Virus record (IMG/VR): IMGVR_UViG_3300043775_001647
Length of the DNA stretch: 64,000 bases
Reading direction: 5' to 3' (one strand)
Origin: an uncultured virus (IMG/VR IMGVR_UViG_3300043775_001647)
Taxonomy: Duplodnaviria > Heunggongvirae > Uroviricota > Caudoviricetes
In this document: piece after piece, positions 46,224 to 55,912 of the stretch
Layout: each line of letters opens with the position of its first letter
Position numbering within the stretch: the stretch's first letter is position 1
Program-made: the position numbers and the translations under genes
Notes under the pieces: model-generated
Told to the model about the DNA's origin: nothing
The model's input: the letters and a program-made list of their open reading frames with translations, nothing else
The model's database searches: none

Positions 46224-46556
46224 TTAAATACCAAAACTTTCACCGCAGCCGCAAGTCCTGCTTGCGTTTGGGTTAGTGAATAGGAATCCTTTGCCGTTTA
46301 GGCCTTCAGTAAAGTCTAATTCGGTTCCTAATAAATACAGTAGAGATCTTTTATCAATAACTAATTTTAAACCTTGATCTTCTGATATTTCATCAAAAGG
46401 AACTATCGTATCATCAAAGTCTAAATCATAAGTTAGACCAGAACAACCTCCACCTTTCACCGATACTCTTAAAAAATGATCTTCGGTGCATTGTTCCTCC
46501 ACCATCAGTTTGTCTAATTGGGATTTGGCTTTCGTGGTCAAAGTGAATATTTTCAT
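46224..46556 (-). CDS. iscA: A-type Fe-S carrier (IscA/HesB)
   Basis: GGGCSGL, NPNASRTCGCGESF. Confidence 0.93.
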   Translation of the reverse strand: MKIFTLTTKAKSQLDKLMVEEQCTEDHFLRVSVKGGGCSGLTYDLDFDDTIVPFDEISEDQGLKLVIDKRSLLYLLGTELDFTEGLNGKGFLFTNPNASRTCGCGESFGI

Positions 46557-46713
46557 TTCCTATGGTATGTTTTGGTTTGTATGGACAATTTAAGCATTTA
46601 TTTCCGCAACACCTACCTAATTTAAGTAAAGTTTCTGCTGATAATGGGAGTGGTTTTCGTTTTAAGCTGTACCAATCATCATCATCTAATCGTTCAAGTG
46701 TTGTTTTATCCAT
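46426..46713 (-). CDS. Cys-rich DUF5522-like protein
   Basis: LLKLGRCCGNKCLNCPY; tail overlaps iscA. Confidence 0.65.
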   Translation of the reverse strand: MDKTTLERLDDDDWYSLKRKPLPLSAETLLKLGRCCGNKCLNCPYKPKHTIGNENIHFDHESQIPIRQTDGGGTMHRRSFFKSIGERWRLFWSNL

Positions 46714-46757
46714 TTAGATGTTTATTCTAATAATCGATTATTTTATATAAATATTGC

Positions 46758-49094
46758 TTAGTGACCATCCCTAAAATTCTTTGCTATTTCCGGTGGTGCC
46801 TTTAAGGTTACCCCTGGTAGCTGGGTAGTGGTTTCCATAACATGCTTAACTACTTCAGCTGCTTCATGAACTAAGTCTTCTCTAATCTTAATGATCAATT
46901 GGTCATGAATCTGGGCAATAACGATACCGTCCCAGTCTCTTCTCTTAAACTCCCTATTAATGGCTAAAGCTGCTCGATTAACCACTGATGCTGCTAAAGA
47001 TTGAATTTGAAAGTTTAAGCAGTTATTCAAAGCATTCTTATAATCTCCGTAGAGTCTCTTTACATTATCTCCTCCAATCTCTTTAGTAAGATCATTTCTA
47101 AACTTCCAATCCATAATCCTTTCTCCAAAAGAATCATAAACCGCTTTACCTCTATCAAGGTGTCGGATTCGACCTACTTGGTTTTTAATAAAGCCATCTC
47201 TTTTAAACAATGCTCTTGAATTGTCAATCCATTCAGCAACTCCCGGGAACCCTTTCATATAACCTTCGTGAAGCCTCTTTCCTTCTTCTTGAGGTACTCC
47301 TAAGGACATTGCAAGTGCGTAAGGAGACATTCCGTAAGCAACTCCTAACGAATAACCCTTTGCTTGATTTCGTTTAGGTGCATCAAGCTTCTTAAGGAAG
47401 TTAGGAGCCTTTTTATCAGCTGATACTCCGTCGGGGTACTTATCTCTTTGTTCGTCAAGCTTTTCGGTTCGGATAGCAACCGTTGAATAGAAATCATGAC
47501 CTTGACTAAAGATCTCTTGCATGGCTTCGTCATTAGATATGGAAGCGAAAATGTGAGGCTCTAAAGACTCGAAGTCATTATCAATCAACAAGTAACCAGG
47601 GTCTGTTGTAAAGAATGCTCTGATCTCGTTATTGTATTTAACGATGATTGGATCTGCTTCTCCATCTTCTTTAGGCTTAGGTAACTGCTGAAGGTCAGAT
47701 CCGTATCTGCCTGACACAGTTCCGTTCTGTTTAAAATAAGGGAAGAAACGTCCATCCTCTGCTTGATCGTAAAATCGATCCACGTAGGTTGACTTAATCT
47801 TTAGGAGCTTATTATAGATACGTAAGTTCCTACACCATTCGTATTTGTCTGATAAAGCTTGAATCATATCATCATCGAATTGAGCTTGGCCTTTAGTCGT
47901 TTTAGATAACGGCTTCTCTTTCAAGTAGTTAAAAGCGATATCACCTAACTGCTTCTTTGATTGAATATTTAACCACTCCCCGTCGTTAAAGTCTTTCCAA
48001 AGCTTCATAGAAACTTTAGTAACAACTTCTTCAGTTAAGCAATCTAAATCTCCAGAAAGCAAATAATCTTTTACCGGACTATCCTCTAGTATAAGGATGT
48101 TAGCCTGCTTTAAAGAATAGTTTCTCGAGTTTTTAGGTATAGGGAGCTTATACATATCAACCAACGTACAAGCCCAAGTTCCTTTATGACCTGGAGGGAA
48201 TTCAGTTAATGCTGAATCGATAATCCATTCTTTAACTTTTTGTAGCTTAAGTAGTTCTTCAATTACTGCCCGGCGATACTTCTCCTGGTCAGTTAAGATA
48301 GCATCTCTAGTTTGTTCTATCAAAGGTATATCAAGGGCTATCCCTTCGATTTCCATTGGTATAGTAACCTCTCTATAAAGGGGCATTACTTCGTCTTCAA
48401 AGAAGAACTTAGTTAGTCCTTCATGCTCGAGAACCGGTAGAAAGTGATTACAAATACGCAAAGTAAGATCCGTATCCGCAGCAGCATATTCACTCAACAG
48501 GTTAATATCTGCTTTGTAAATCTCAAAGTTATCTTTAGTAACTGAACCGCCATTCTCCTTAATTGAGTTCTTAAGGTTGATCTGTTCTTGGTTAGCTGCT
48601 TCTTCAACATTCAAACCGATCTTATCTTGAATCATAATGGCGATTGATTTTAGTCCGAAAGGACTTGCTCCATACCCGAATGCTCCTTCTTCTTTTACCG
48701 TGTGAACTAGTAAAGCAGTATCAACCCAAAGTGAAGGTAGCAAGTTGACTTTGTAGAAGTTATCTGTATAACGGCAGTCAAAAGAAGCATTATGCATAAC
48801 AAGTTTCTTTCCAACCAGCATCGAAATAATCTTCTTTGCTATTCGATGACAGCCAATGCTTTCAATCTGACACTCGTCAAGAGTTTGAGTTTCGTTATTC
48901 CAAAACATAGTCGGCATATAAAAGCCCATTCCTTCTTCACCCGAAACAGAAAAACCAATAATCCTTCCTTTGCGAGTATTTAAAGAGTCTGTTTCTGTAT
49001 CATAAGCAAGAATCTCTTTCTCGTTAATATGCTGGATAAGGAGATCAACTAGCTCTTTGCTATTGACAAGGTAATACTTTTTTTCGACAACCAT
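46758..49094 (-). CDS. polA: Family A DNA polymerase with 3'-5' exonuclease
   Basis: Exonuclease YDTET, HNASFD, YAAAD; polymerase motifs DFESLE, R..AK...G..YG, IHDQ. Confidence 0.95.
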   Translation of the reverse strand: MVVEKKYYLVNSKELVDLLIQHINEKEILAYDTETDSLNTRKGRIIGFSVSGEEGMGFYMPTMFWNNETQTLDECQIESIGCHRIAKKIISMLVGKKLVMHNASFDCRYTDNFYKVNLLPSLWVDTALLVHTVKEEGAFGYGASPFGLKSIAIMIQDKIGLNVEEAANQEQINLKNSIKENGGSVTKDNFEIYKADINLLSEYAAADTDLTLRICNHFLPVLEHEGLTKFFFEDEVMPLYREVTIPMEIEGIALDIPLIEQTRDAILTDQEKYRRAVIEELLKLQKVKEWIIDSALTEFPPGHKGTWACTLVDMYKLPIPKNSRNYSLKQANILILEDSPVKDYLLSGDLDCLTEEVVTKVSMKLWKDFNDGEWLNIQSKKQLGDIAFNYLKEKPLSKTTKGQAQFDDDMIQALSDKYEWCRNLRIYNKLLKIKSTYVDRFYDQAEDGRFFPYFKQNGTVSGRYGSDLQQLPKPKEDGEADPIIVKYNNEIRAFFTTDPGYLLIDNDFESLEPHIFASISNDEAMQEIFSQGHDFYSTVAIRTEKLDEQRDKYPDGVSADKKAPNFLKKLDAPKRNQAKGYSLGVAYGMSPYALAMSLGVPQEEGKRLHEGYMKGFPGVAEWIDNSRALFKRDGFIKNQVGRIRHLDRGKAVYDSFGERIMDWKFRNDLTKEIGGDNVKRLYGDYKNALNNCLNFQIQSLAASVVNRAALAINREFKRRDWDGIVIAQIHDQLIIKIREDLVHEAAEVVKHVMETTTQLPGVTLKAPPEIAKNFRDGH

Positions 49095-49159
49095 TACTTA
49101 AATATATGAAAAAAGCCCTTGGGTTGCAAGGGCTCTTAAAAGTTTATTTTTTGGTTTGC

Positions 49160-50008
49160 TTAGATTAGAGCATTCCCTATGTGAGTCATAATATCTTGTC
49201 TAGCACCGTCAACCATTCCTGGCTCTGTCATTGACCCTGCTTTCCATACATTCCAAGCTTTCTCTACCATCTTAACACCGTCTTCGAAGTCAGAACCTAG
49301 TACATCAATATACCCACCGATCATTTCTTCCTTAATAGTTTGCTTTTCAGCCCATGCAGCAACAATTTTTTCTGCTTCAGCAAGTACACCGTCTTCACCA
49401 TCTACCCTAGTTATAAGTTTTTCAATATACGCCTGAGCTGCTTTCTTTGAAACTACTCCGGATAGAAACTCGTCAGCTTGTCTATTTTCGCCTAGTTCAT
49501 CAGCAAGCATCATAATCATACCCATCTGTTCAAAGCTTATAGCGTGAGCTGGTCTGTTTAAGATCTCAGCTGATTTGCTAGATGCTTCATTTATAGGGCT
49601 ATCCTCTGGCATTTCTTCAATATAATCTATATCGCTTTCTTGGAAATCCCAGTCACCGCCACCAGCTTCTGTGCCGACAACGCTGCCGCCGTAAGTCTTA
49701 CCTGTTGTAGGTGAATAACCATGTACAGTTAAGTCAGCACTATAATTGTCATAGTAGTCTAATACGTCTGCAACTTCCCATTTAATATCGGTAGGAATAT
49801 TACTACCCTCCTTCATTGGAACTGCTCCAGGAACTACAGAAGGTCCGCTACGGAGATCCATTTCTTTTTCTTCTTTTTCGTATTTATTGATAGCAGCCAT
49901 TGCAGCAGCATCTTTCTCCTCTTCGGGAGTCATTACACCAGAATTTGTCTTTGGAGCTACTTCACGCATTGATCTTTTAATAAGTTCTTTTATTACTGAA
50001 CGTTTCAT
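49160..50008 (-). CDS. Acidic hypothetical protein, probably late/virion
   Basis: 282 aa; TATTTAT 5 nt upstream. Confidence 0.75.
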   Translation of the reverse strand: MKRSVIKELIKRSMREVAPKTNSGVMTPEEEKDAAAMAAINKYEKEEKEMDLRSGPSVVPGAVPMKEGSNIPTDIKWEVADVLDYYDNYSADLTVHGYSPTTGKTYGGSVVGTEAGGGDWDFQESDIDYIEEMPEDSPINEASSKSAEILNRPAHAISFEQMGMIMMLADELGENRQADEFLSGVVSKKAAQAYIEKLITRVDGEDGVLAEAEKIVAAWAEKQTIKEEMIGGYIDVLGSDFEDGVKMVEKAWNVWKAGSMTEPGMVDGARQDIMTHIGNALI

Positions 50009-50022
50009 ATCTTATAAATAGG

Positions 50023-50532
50023 TTATTTTTTCTGTTCCCAAGCATTAGTACCGCCTTGCCACTGACCGTCGTAGAGTTCGTCTACAGGAGCATTCTCATG
50101 GAAGAACATTTGAGCTGCTCTAGCATTCTTTTCTAAGATTAAGAATACGCTAACAATCATCACCGTACCCATTTTCTCTGTTTCATATCCTGAATCCCAA
50201 ACGGGAGAAACAATCGAAGTTCCTGTCCTGTACAGAGAAGATCTATGAAGAACAAACCCAGTTGCATTGTCAGGAATCTTACATCCTTCGTTGAAGGTGA
50301 TTGCGTAACTTCCTTTGTCTAATCTCCAGCATTCCTTGCCGTCAATCTTAACGGTATCAACTTCCATGAAGTTTAAAGGATCTATAATAGTTAAGTCCTT
50401 GTAAACTACTGAACCTGCTAAAATGCGTTCAACTTTACATACTGAAAGGTCAATTCCAACCTGGGTTGGTTTTGAGTACTGCGAAGGAATTACAATCCCT
50501 CTCTCTAATATTTCTTTGCTTGTTAGTAACAT
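50023..50532 (-). CDS. Trimeric dUTPase/dCTP-deaminase-family protein
   Basis: GIDL, RSSLYR, WDSGY, R.AQ, YDGQWQG. Confidence 0.85.
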   Translation of the reverse strand: MLLTSKEILERGIVIPSQYSKPTQVGIDLSVCKVERILAGSVVYKDLTIIDPLNFMEVDTVKIDGKECWRLDKGSYAITFNEGCKIPDNATGFVLHRSSLYRTGTSIVSPVWDSGYETEKMGTVMIVSVFLILEKNARAAQMFFHENAPVDELYDGQWQGGTNAWEQKK

Positions 50533-50533
50533 A

Positions 50534-51043
50534 TTATTCTTCAATTATTTCTCCGGTGATAAAAGGCTGGTTTCGCTTAGTTCCGTTAGTTGCATCAAGG
50601 CCGTAACCTACCAACCATGCTTCATTATTTAATTCAAATCCGTAGATAAGATCCTCCATATAGGAATAGCTTCTTTTAAATAAAGTAACCGGAGTAATTG
50701 ACTTAGCTCCCTTAGTTTGAAGATGGGCTATCAAGCGTTTCATAGTGTTACCCGAATCGTAGATGTCGTCAACTATAAAGACGTCCTTATCTTTTAAATC
50801 AATTGAGACATCCTTCAGAATATCTACCCGGTCTTGAACTTGCCCTAAGTATGATTTTGCTTGCATAAAGTCGATTTCACAATCAACCTCCATGTTACGA
50901 ACCAGGTCTGCGAAGAACATAAATGCTCCGTTTAGAACTCCGATCATAACCCTTGATGAATTCTCAGGATTGTTTTTGTAGCTTACCTCAAGGGCAAGAC
51001 TTTTTACTCTTGTTTGAATTTCCTCTTCTGTGAATAGAACCAT
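50534..51043 (-). CDS. hpt: Hypoxanthine/guanine phosphoribosyltransferase
   Basis: GVLNGAFMFFADL, KSY, IVDDIYDSGNT, VGYGLD. Confidence 0.9.
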   Translation of the reverse strand: MVLFTEEEIQTRVKSLALEVSYKNNPENSSRVMIGVLNGAFMFFADLVRNMEVDCEIDFMQAKSYLGQVQDRVDILKDVSIDLKDKDVFIVDDIYDSGNTMKRLIAHLQTKGAKSITPVTLFKRSYSYMEDLIYGFELNNEAWLVGYGLDATNGTKRNQPFITGEIIEE

Positions 51044-51048
51044 ATAAC

Positions 51049-51624
51049 TTATTTAATTTTGTACTGCGTATAACTACTTAATGTTGGAACTGTATTGGAA
51101 AAATAATAAACTTCTGTCGTATTTGCAACTTTAATTGTCTTAAAAAATCCATCCGGAATAGTTGCACCGGTTGGTAGCTTCTGAGATCTTGGAGAGTAAA
51201 CCATTCTGATCTCAACAAACACTTTACCTTGTTTAGCTAATTCCCTTTCTCTAACCTCTAACATTCTCCAGACTCCTCTGTTTAGTCTTTCATGCTGTAG
51301 TACGCAGTTCACATAGGAGAAAGTCTTAAGGAGCATTTCTCTTGTGCAATTAAAATCAGCAGCAGGAGCACAATGACCTTTGTCCCAAACATTAGCAACA
51401 TAGTCGTTAGCATCTGAGGTTACGATGCCAGGAACGGTATAAAAATCCATGCCTGTTCTAGCAGCGGTGCCGGCAGTGCATTGAACTGTGTACCATACTC
51501 GTTTAGGTTGTTGAAGAACCTCGGAATAAACTGCTTCATAAATGTCTGTTTTAATATAGATTGAATCTCTTAACTGTGCTAATAATGATAACGGAAGTAA
51601 AAATAAAACTATAATGAATCTCAT
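51049..51624 (-). CDS. Secreted DNA/RNA non-specific endonuclease (NucA-like)
   Basis: Signal peptide; DKGHCAPAADF, LNRGVW..LE. Confidence 0.9.
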   Translation of the reverse strand: MRFIIVLFLLPLSLLAQLRDSIYIKTDIYEAVYSEVLQQPKRVWYTVQCTAGTAARTGMDFYTVPGIVTSDANDYVANVWDKGHCAPAADFNCTREMLLKTFSYVNCVLQHERLNRGVWRMLEVRERELAKQGKVFVEIRMVYSPRSQKLPTGATIPDGFFKTIKVANTTEVYYFSNTVPTLSSYTQYKIK

Positions 51625-51639
51625 ATTAATAAATATGGA

Positions 51640-52803
51640 TTAATTACTTAACGGTGCTTTGATTATTGGGTGTGATTGGTAATTAGTTAACTGGATATCT
51701 TCTAATAGGCATTTACAGAAATTATCATCTGCTAAGCCTGAAATGAAGCCTGAAGTGCTAATTGGACCTACTCCGCATTCTCCTGATTCTGTTTGCCAGA
51801 ATTCGGTGTTTATATTTAGTGTAGGTAACTCAAATGGCTCTCTGCTAATCTGCTCCTTTGCTTGTTCAATATGGTTGTTATATAGATGCGTATCACCTAA
51901 ATGGCCAACCAGATGCTCAGGTACCATGTTAACTACCTTAGCAATAATTTCTAATAACAAACCGTATGAAGCAATATTAAACGGCAAACCTAAAAACACA
52001 TCAACCGATCTTTGGTTCCAAGATAATGAGATTGCTCGCTTAGGAGTAGATGGTTTAGCTATCTCTTCTACTATGTAAAGATTTTCCCATTCAACATTAG
52101 TATTCTTCATAACCCATTGAACTTGTTCTTCCCATGTTAGTTCTCTTGTATAAACTTGAAATCCATAATGACAAGGTGGAAGTACCATTTGGTCTAATTC
52201 ACCTACATTCCAAGCATTAACCATTAATCGTCTTGAGTCTGGGTTTGTTTTGAGTTCAGAGATTAGGTTTGCGATTTGGTCAAAATTACCCCAACCCAAT
52301 TCATAGCTTGTAGATGTTAATTGTGTTTTTGTTACACCTTCCCAATTTCTCCATTGTTTACCATAGATTGGACCTAATTCACCCCACGTATTAGCAAACT
52401 CATCATCGGTTTTGATTTTGTCAATGAATTCTTCTATTGTAAATGGTTCAGTTAATGTTCTGTTTTTCTTAGAATTCTCTAATAATTTGGTTTTACCAAC
52501 ATATTCACCTTTATTATATCTTTTAATATAGGCTTGGTAAGCATCACCATTCCAAATATTACATCCGTTATCAACTAAATATTTAATATTTGTATCTCCT
52601 TTTAAGAACCACATCAATTCAGTAGCCATTGTTTTAAATGCAACCTTTTTAGTAGTTAGTAGTGGAAAACCATTCCTCATGTTATGATGAATCATGTAAC
52701 CAAAAATACTTTTAGTTCCAGTTCCTGTTCTGTCTTGCTTGTCGGCTCCAAAGTCAATAATGTCCTGAAGGAGGGATTGGTATTGTTCGTCTAATCGATT
52801 CAT
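51640..52803 (-). CDS. thyA: Thymidylate synthase
   Basis: DRTGTGT, FPLLTTKK, LPPCH, QRSVDVFLGLPFNIASY; two in-frame insertions. Confidence 0.96.
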   Translation of the reverse strand: MNRLDEQYQSLLQDIIDFGADKQDRTGTGTKSIFGYMIHHNMRNGFPLLTTKKVAFKTMATELMWFLKGDTNIKYLVDNGCNIWNGDAYQAYIKRYNKGEYVGKTKLLENSKKNRTLTEPFTIEEFIDKIKTDDEFANTWGELGPIYGKQWRNWEGVTKTQLTSTSYELGWGNFDQIANLISELKTNPDSRRLMVNAWNVGELDQMVLPPCHYGFQVYTRELTWEEQVQWVMKNTNVEWENLYIVEEIAKPSTPKRAISLSWNQRSVDVFLGLPFNIASYGLLLEIIAKVVNMVPEHLVGHLGDTHLYNNHIEQAKEQISREPFELPTLNINTEFWQTESGECGVGPISTSGFISGLADDNFCKCLLEDIQLTNYQSHPIIKAPLSN

Positions 52804-52806
52804 AAC

Positions 52807-52989
52807 TTAATCTTGTTTTGTTCCTAATGCCCAAATCGAGTCTGGAAATAATTCAATTCGTAATTTTAAAATAGTGTCTCTGTGTTCCTGGAATTTATCT
52901 CCCTCAACAGATTTGTGTCCATTTAATATGGCTTTAGTCATCTCATAATCCAACTTAGATATTAAAGCTAACTTTTCAGGCTCGGTCAT
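52807..52989 (-). CDS. Hypothetical protein
   Basis: ATGA overlap. Confidence 0.65.
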   Translation of the reverse strand: MTEPEKLALISKLDYEMTKAILNGHKSVEGDKFQEHRDTILKLRIELFPDSIWALGTKQD

Positions 52990-53387
52990 AATTTAGATTC
53001 GGGTATTTTAAATGCTCTCTTAACTTGTTCTGAAATTGGGATAGGAATTCCTTCATCGTCTACTCTAACGAAGGTCATGTTGGTTGCAAGTAGAATAGCT
53101 TCATCGCCTCTAAAAACATTGTAGGCTCTTGCTTGAATCCGGAACGTTGCTGAGGTATTTCCAACCTTAAACATTTCTGCATAGATTTTTATCAGCTGTT
53201 TTTCCTTGGCAGGTTTTCTAAAAACACACTCGTCAAGAGCAATAGTAATCATATTCTGTGACCGGCATTTCTCCATTGCATAAGCTGCCACGGCAGCATC
53301 TACCCATGAAAGCAATTTGCCTCCGAATAGATTGCCGTGAAAGCCTAAATCAGATTTCTTAACGGGGTGTGTTGATAGTAAGTCCAT
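52986..53387 (-). CDS. Hotdog-fold acyl-CoA thioesterase
   Basis: DLGFHGNLFGGKLLSWVD, VGNTS, TFVRVD. Confidence 0.9.
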   Translation of the reverse strand: MDLLSTHPVKKSDLGFHGNLFGGKLLSWVDAAVAAYAMEKCRSQNMITIALDECVFRKPAKEKQLIKIYAEMFKVGNTSATFRIQARAYNVFRGDEAILLATNMTFVRVDDEGIPIPISEQVKRAFKIPESKL

Positions 53388-53581
53388 TATCGATCTACTT
53401 CAATTTTATGACCTATTTGATAAGGCATTACTGAAATCACTGTGAATGTATCACATATGCGATCTATCTTTTTCATAGCAGTACTATCCTGCCTAGGTCG
53501 AACTTTAACTGCTTTGTAGCTATACATGTCCTGTGAAAGGTCTGCATGAATTAATGCTACTATAATTAAAACTGTTTTCAT
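53387..53581 (-). CDS. Small exported hypothetical protein
   Basis: Hydrophobic N-terminus; TAATG overlaps. Confidence 0.6.
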   Translation of the reverse strand: MKTVLIIVALIHADLSQDMYSYKAVKVRPRQDSTAMKKIDRICDTFTVISVMPYQIGHKIEVDR

Positions 53582-54372
53582 TATACTGCTCGCTTAGTGT
53601 CCCAGCTTATTATGTGATCCCTTCCTGTCCAATTGTAGCCCATGTCGAATGCTTTTTCTAATGAGATTGGATACTGCTTGATCAATTCCTCTCTGTTATC
53701 ACCAGCAGGCATCAACCAGGTTTTATTCTTAGGGATGTTGTGCTTTACTCTAAATTCTTCAATCTCATTCATTGTTTCTTCAGTACCGTCATACACTGGT
53801 TTGTAATGGTAGTCCGAATGGTATGCAAGGGTCTTCTCAATTGCATCATCATTTAAACGTAGCTTATTATGCTGATCGATCATCTTCTGGTCGACCAGTT
53901 TACCCATTGGAGTAGTAACATCAAGCTTAGGCACACTATTACTAAACTTAGGTGATAGGGAAATAAGACCAATTGGATAATCCGTCTCGACAAAATGAGA
54001 ACCTTCTGTTTCAATAGTTATAAATATTCCTCTTTGATTAGCAAAATGCGTTAATTCATTACATAGATCTGGCTGCATGGTAGGTGAACCTCCAGTCAAC
54101 ATCATTTCAGTAATGGTTGGATTCTCATCATAAATTTTAATGATGTCGTTAAATGTAATATGCCCTTTCTCAGGGTGTATACTGCTATACCAACTATCAC
54201 ACCATCCGCCTTCGCCAAACCAACATCTGTGAGTACATCCGGTTGTTCTGATAGCAACGGTAGGTCTTCCCTGCCTTGAACCTTCAGACTGGATGCAAGT
54301 ATAAAGTTCGATGATGGGTAATTTTTTGTTGTAATCTAAAATACGACCTGGTTTTTTAATTTCTATTGACAT
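53581..54372 (-). CDS. queE: 7-carboxy-7-deazaguanine synthase (radical SAM)
   Basis: IQSEG, RTTGCTHRC......WCDS, LTGGSP, IETEGS, SLSPK. Confidence 0.9.
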   Translation of the reverse strand: MSIEIKKPGRILDYNKKLPIIELYTCIQSEGSRQGRPTVAIRTTGCTHRCWFGEGGWCDSWYSSIHPEKGHITFNDIIKIYDENPTITEMMLTGGSPTMQPDLCNELTHFANQRGIFITIETEGSHFVETDYPIGLISLSPKFSNSVPKLDVTTPMGKLVDQKMIDQHNKLRLNDDAIEKTLAYHSDYHYKPVYDGTEETMNEIEEFRVKHNIPKNKTWLMPAGDNREELIKQYPISLEKAFDMGYNWTGRDHIISWDTKRAV

Positions 54373-54375
54373 AAT
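54354..54375. repeat. 22-bp direct repeat (20/22 identical) with 54989-55010, flanking the HNH gene
   Basis: TTTTAATTTCTATTGACATAAT vs TTTTAATTTCTACTGTCATAAT; both contain a queE-type start. Confidence 0.85.
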
Positions 54376-54402
54376 ATTTTTTATTAATATAGTTATTTTT
54401 TA

Positions 54403-54942
54403 TTATAGATCCAACTTTTTATTTTGGTTCTTTCTCTTTAATGTTTCTGAGATTTTTTTCTTTTGCTCTTCAGACATTAGCTTACCTAAATTAGTACCGA
54501 CCATGCCTTTTTTAGCTTCTGATATTCTCCTACCTACTTCAACTGGCATTTTTTTACCTTTGTTTGTTCCTCGAGAACCTTCTGCGTAAGCTTTTTTTAG
54601 ACTTTCTGAGATTTTCTTTTTATGCTCTTCTGTTTTTTTATTTAAGCTTTCTTTTATTCTCTGGTATGTTTTTGCAGAAACTCTGTACCTACTTTGGTTG
54701 CTTGCTTCCATTGTTGCCATCATCCACAGAGCGTATTTCAGTTTTTGATTTGTTGGGTAAATTTCAGTAAGAAGTAAGTGGGCTAAGAAATGCTCTTTAG
54801 CTGTAAGCTTTACGAGGTTATCTGGATTATTAGTTCCGTGTAAGCATCTAGGTATTATATGATGTGTTTCAAAATACCCACTTATTTCTTCTCTAGTCTT
54901 AGCTTTCAGTACTAATTGATAATAAATTTTTTGATAGTCCAT
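54403..54942 (-). mobile_element. Free-standing HNH homing endonuclease with NUMOD3-like repeats
   Basis: ETHHIIPR..GTN...NLVKLTAKEHFLAH; EEHKKKISES, SEEQKKKISET. Confidence 0.88.
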
Positions 54943-55009
54943 TTATTATAAATAGTAGTAAAAATAATTTACTAAGGGTCACACTAGATTTTAATTTCTA
55001 CTGTCATAA

Positions 55010-55474
55010 TTATCCTTCGTAAATTGCTGAATTGCGTCCATGTTCCATAAAGTCTACTCGAACTACTCTCACTCTGCCTTCTGTCTCTGTATGAATAAAT
55101 TCCTGAAGCTTATTAAAGATATGCTCAGCAAATTTCTCTGCTCCTACTGCGGGTAGGATTCTTACTTGAGCTGCTCCTGCTCGATCCATTAACTTAAATG
55201 ATTCAAGGAACGGATCATCTTCGGCAATAATCATAGTATGATCGAACATATAGTCCATCCATGCTTTTGGATTCATTCCGTCGATAGTTCCTTTAGCTCT
55301 CTTCATTCCTCCGAAATCCCATACCCAGTTCTTTTCGTCTAACTCTCCTTCAAACCATACTTTAAAAGATACTCCGTATCCATGAACGTACTTACAATGA
55401 GTTCCCTCTGCTTTCCATTGACGGAATACGCAGCTGAATCCGTCAAATACTTTTGTTGATTGATATTTTCCCAT
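55010..55474 (-). CDS. queD: 6-carboxy-tetrahydropterin synthase
   Basis: HCKYVHGY, WVWDFG, FDHT, AEKFA. Confidence 0.9.
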   Translation of the reverse strand: MGKYQSTKVFDGFSCVFRQWKAEGTHCKYVHGYGVSFKVWFEGELDEKNWVWDFGGMKRAKGTIDGMNPKAWMDYMFDHTMIIAEDDPFLESFKLMDRAGAAQVRILPAVGAEKFAEHIFNKLQEFIHTETEGRVRVVRVDFMEHGRNSAIYEG

Positions 55475-55511
55475 AACTTAATATATGAACTTTATTTAAT
55501 ATAAGCAAGCC

Positions 55512-55760
55512 TTAAGCATTATTGTATGCGTTCATAACTGCTGTCGGAGTTTGAACTCCAACCATTCTGTTAACTACTTCACCGTCCTTAACAATGATTA
55601 CTGTAGGTACATTACGTACTGAGTAAGCAGTAGCTAGGTCAGGTTGATCGTCAACATTAATTTTTTGTACTGGGATTGATTGTCCCATCTGTTCCATTAC
55701 TGGTCCGAATTGCTTACAAGGACCGCACCAAGGTGCACTAAAATATAAAATTTTCTTCAT
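55512..55760 (-). CDS. trxA: Thioredoxin
   Basis: WCGPC, VPT. Confidence 0.93.
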   Translation of the reverse strand: MKKILYFSAPWCGPCKQFGPVMEQMGQSIPVQKINVDDQPDLATAYSVRNVPTVIIVKDGEVVNRMVGVQTPTAVMNAYNNA

Positions 55761-55912
55761 ACTAATTCTTCTATAATACCTATTAATTCTGATAAGATTA
55801 AAATAAATGCTCCAAGGCTGATGCTCCAGAATAGAGCAACGTAGCCGGAGATTCTAACAGCTGATTTTAAAAAGCTTACCAGCTGGTGTAGTTTAGGGTC
55901 TGGTTGGTTCAT
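55757..55912 (-). CDS. 51-aa membrane protein (not in ORF track)
   Basis: MNQPDPKLHQLVSFLKSAVRISGY...ELIGIIEELV. Confidence 0.65.
   Translation of the reverse strand: MNQPDPKLHQLVSFLKSAVRISGYVALFWSISLGAFILILSELIGIIEELV

Noticed and set aside
51640..52803. Intron or intein in thyA
   Set aside because: Insertions are short and in frame, without intein C/S...HN ends or group I intron features
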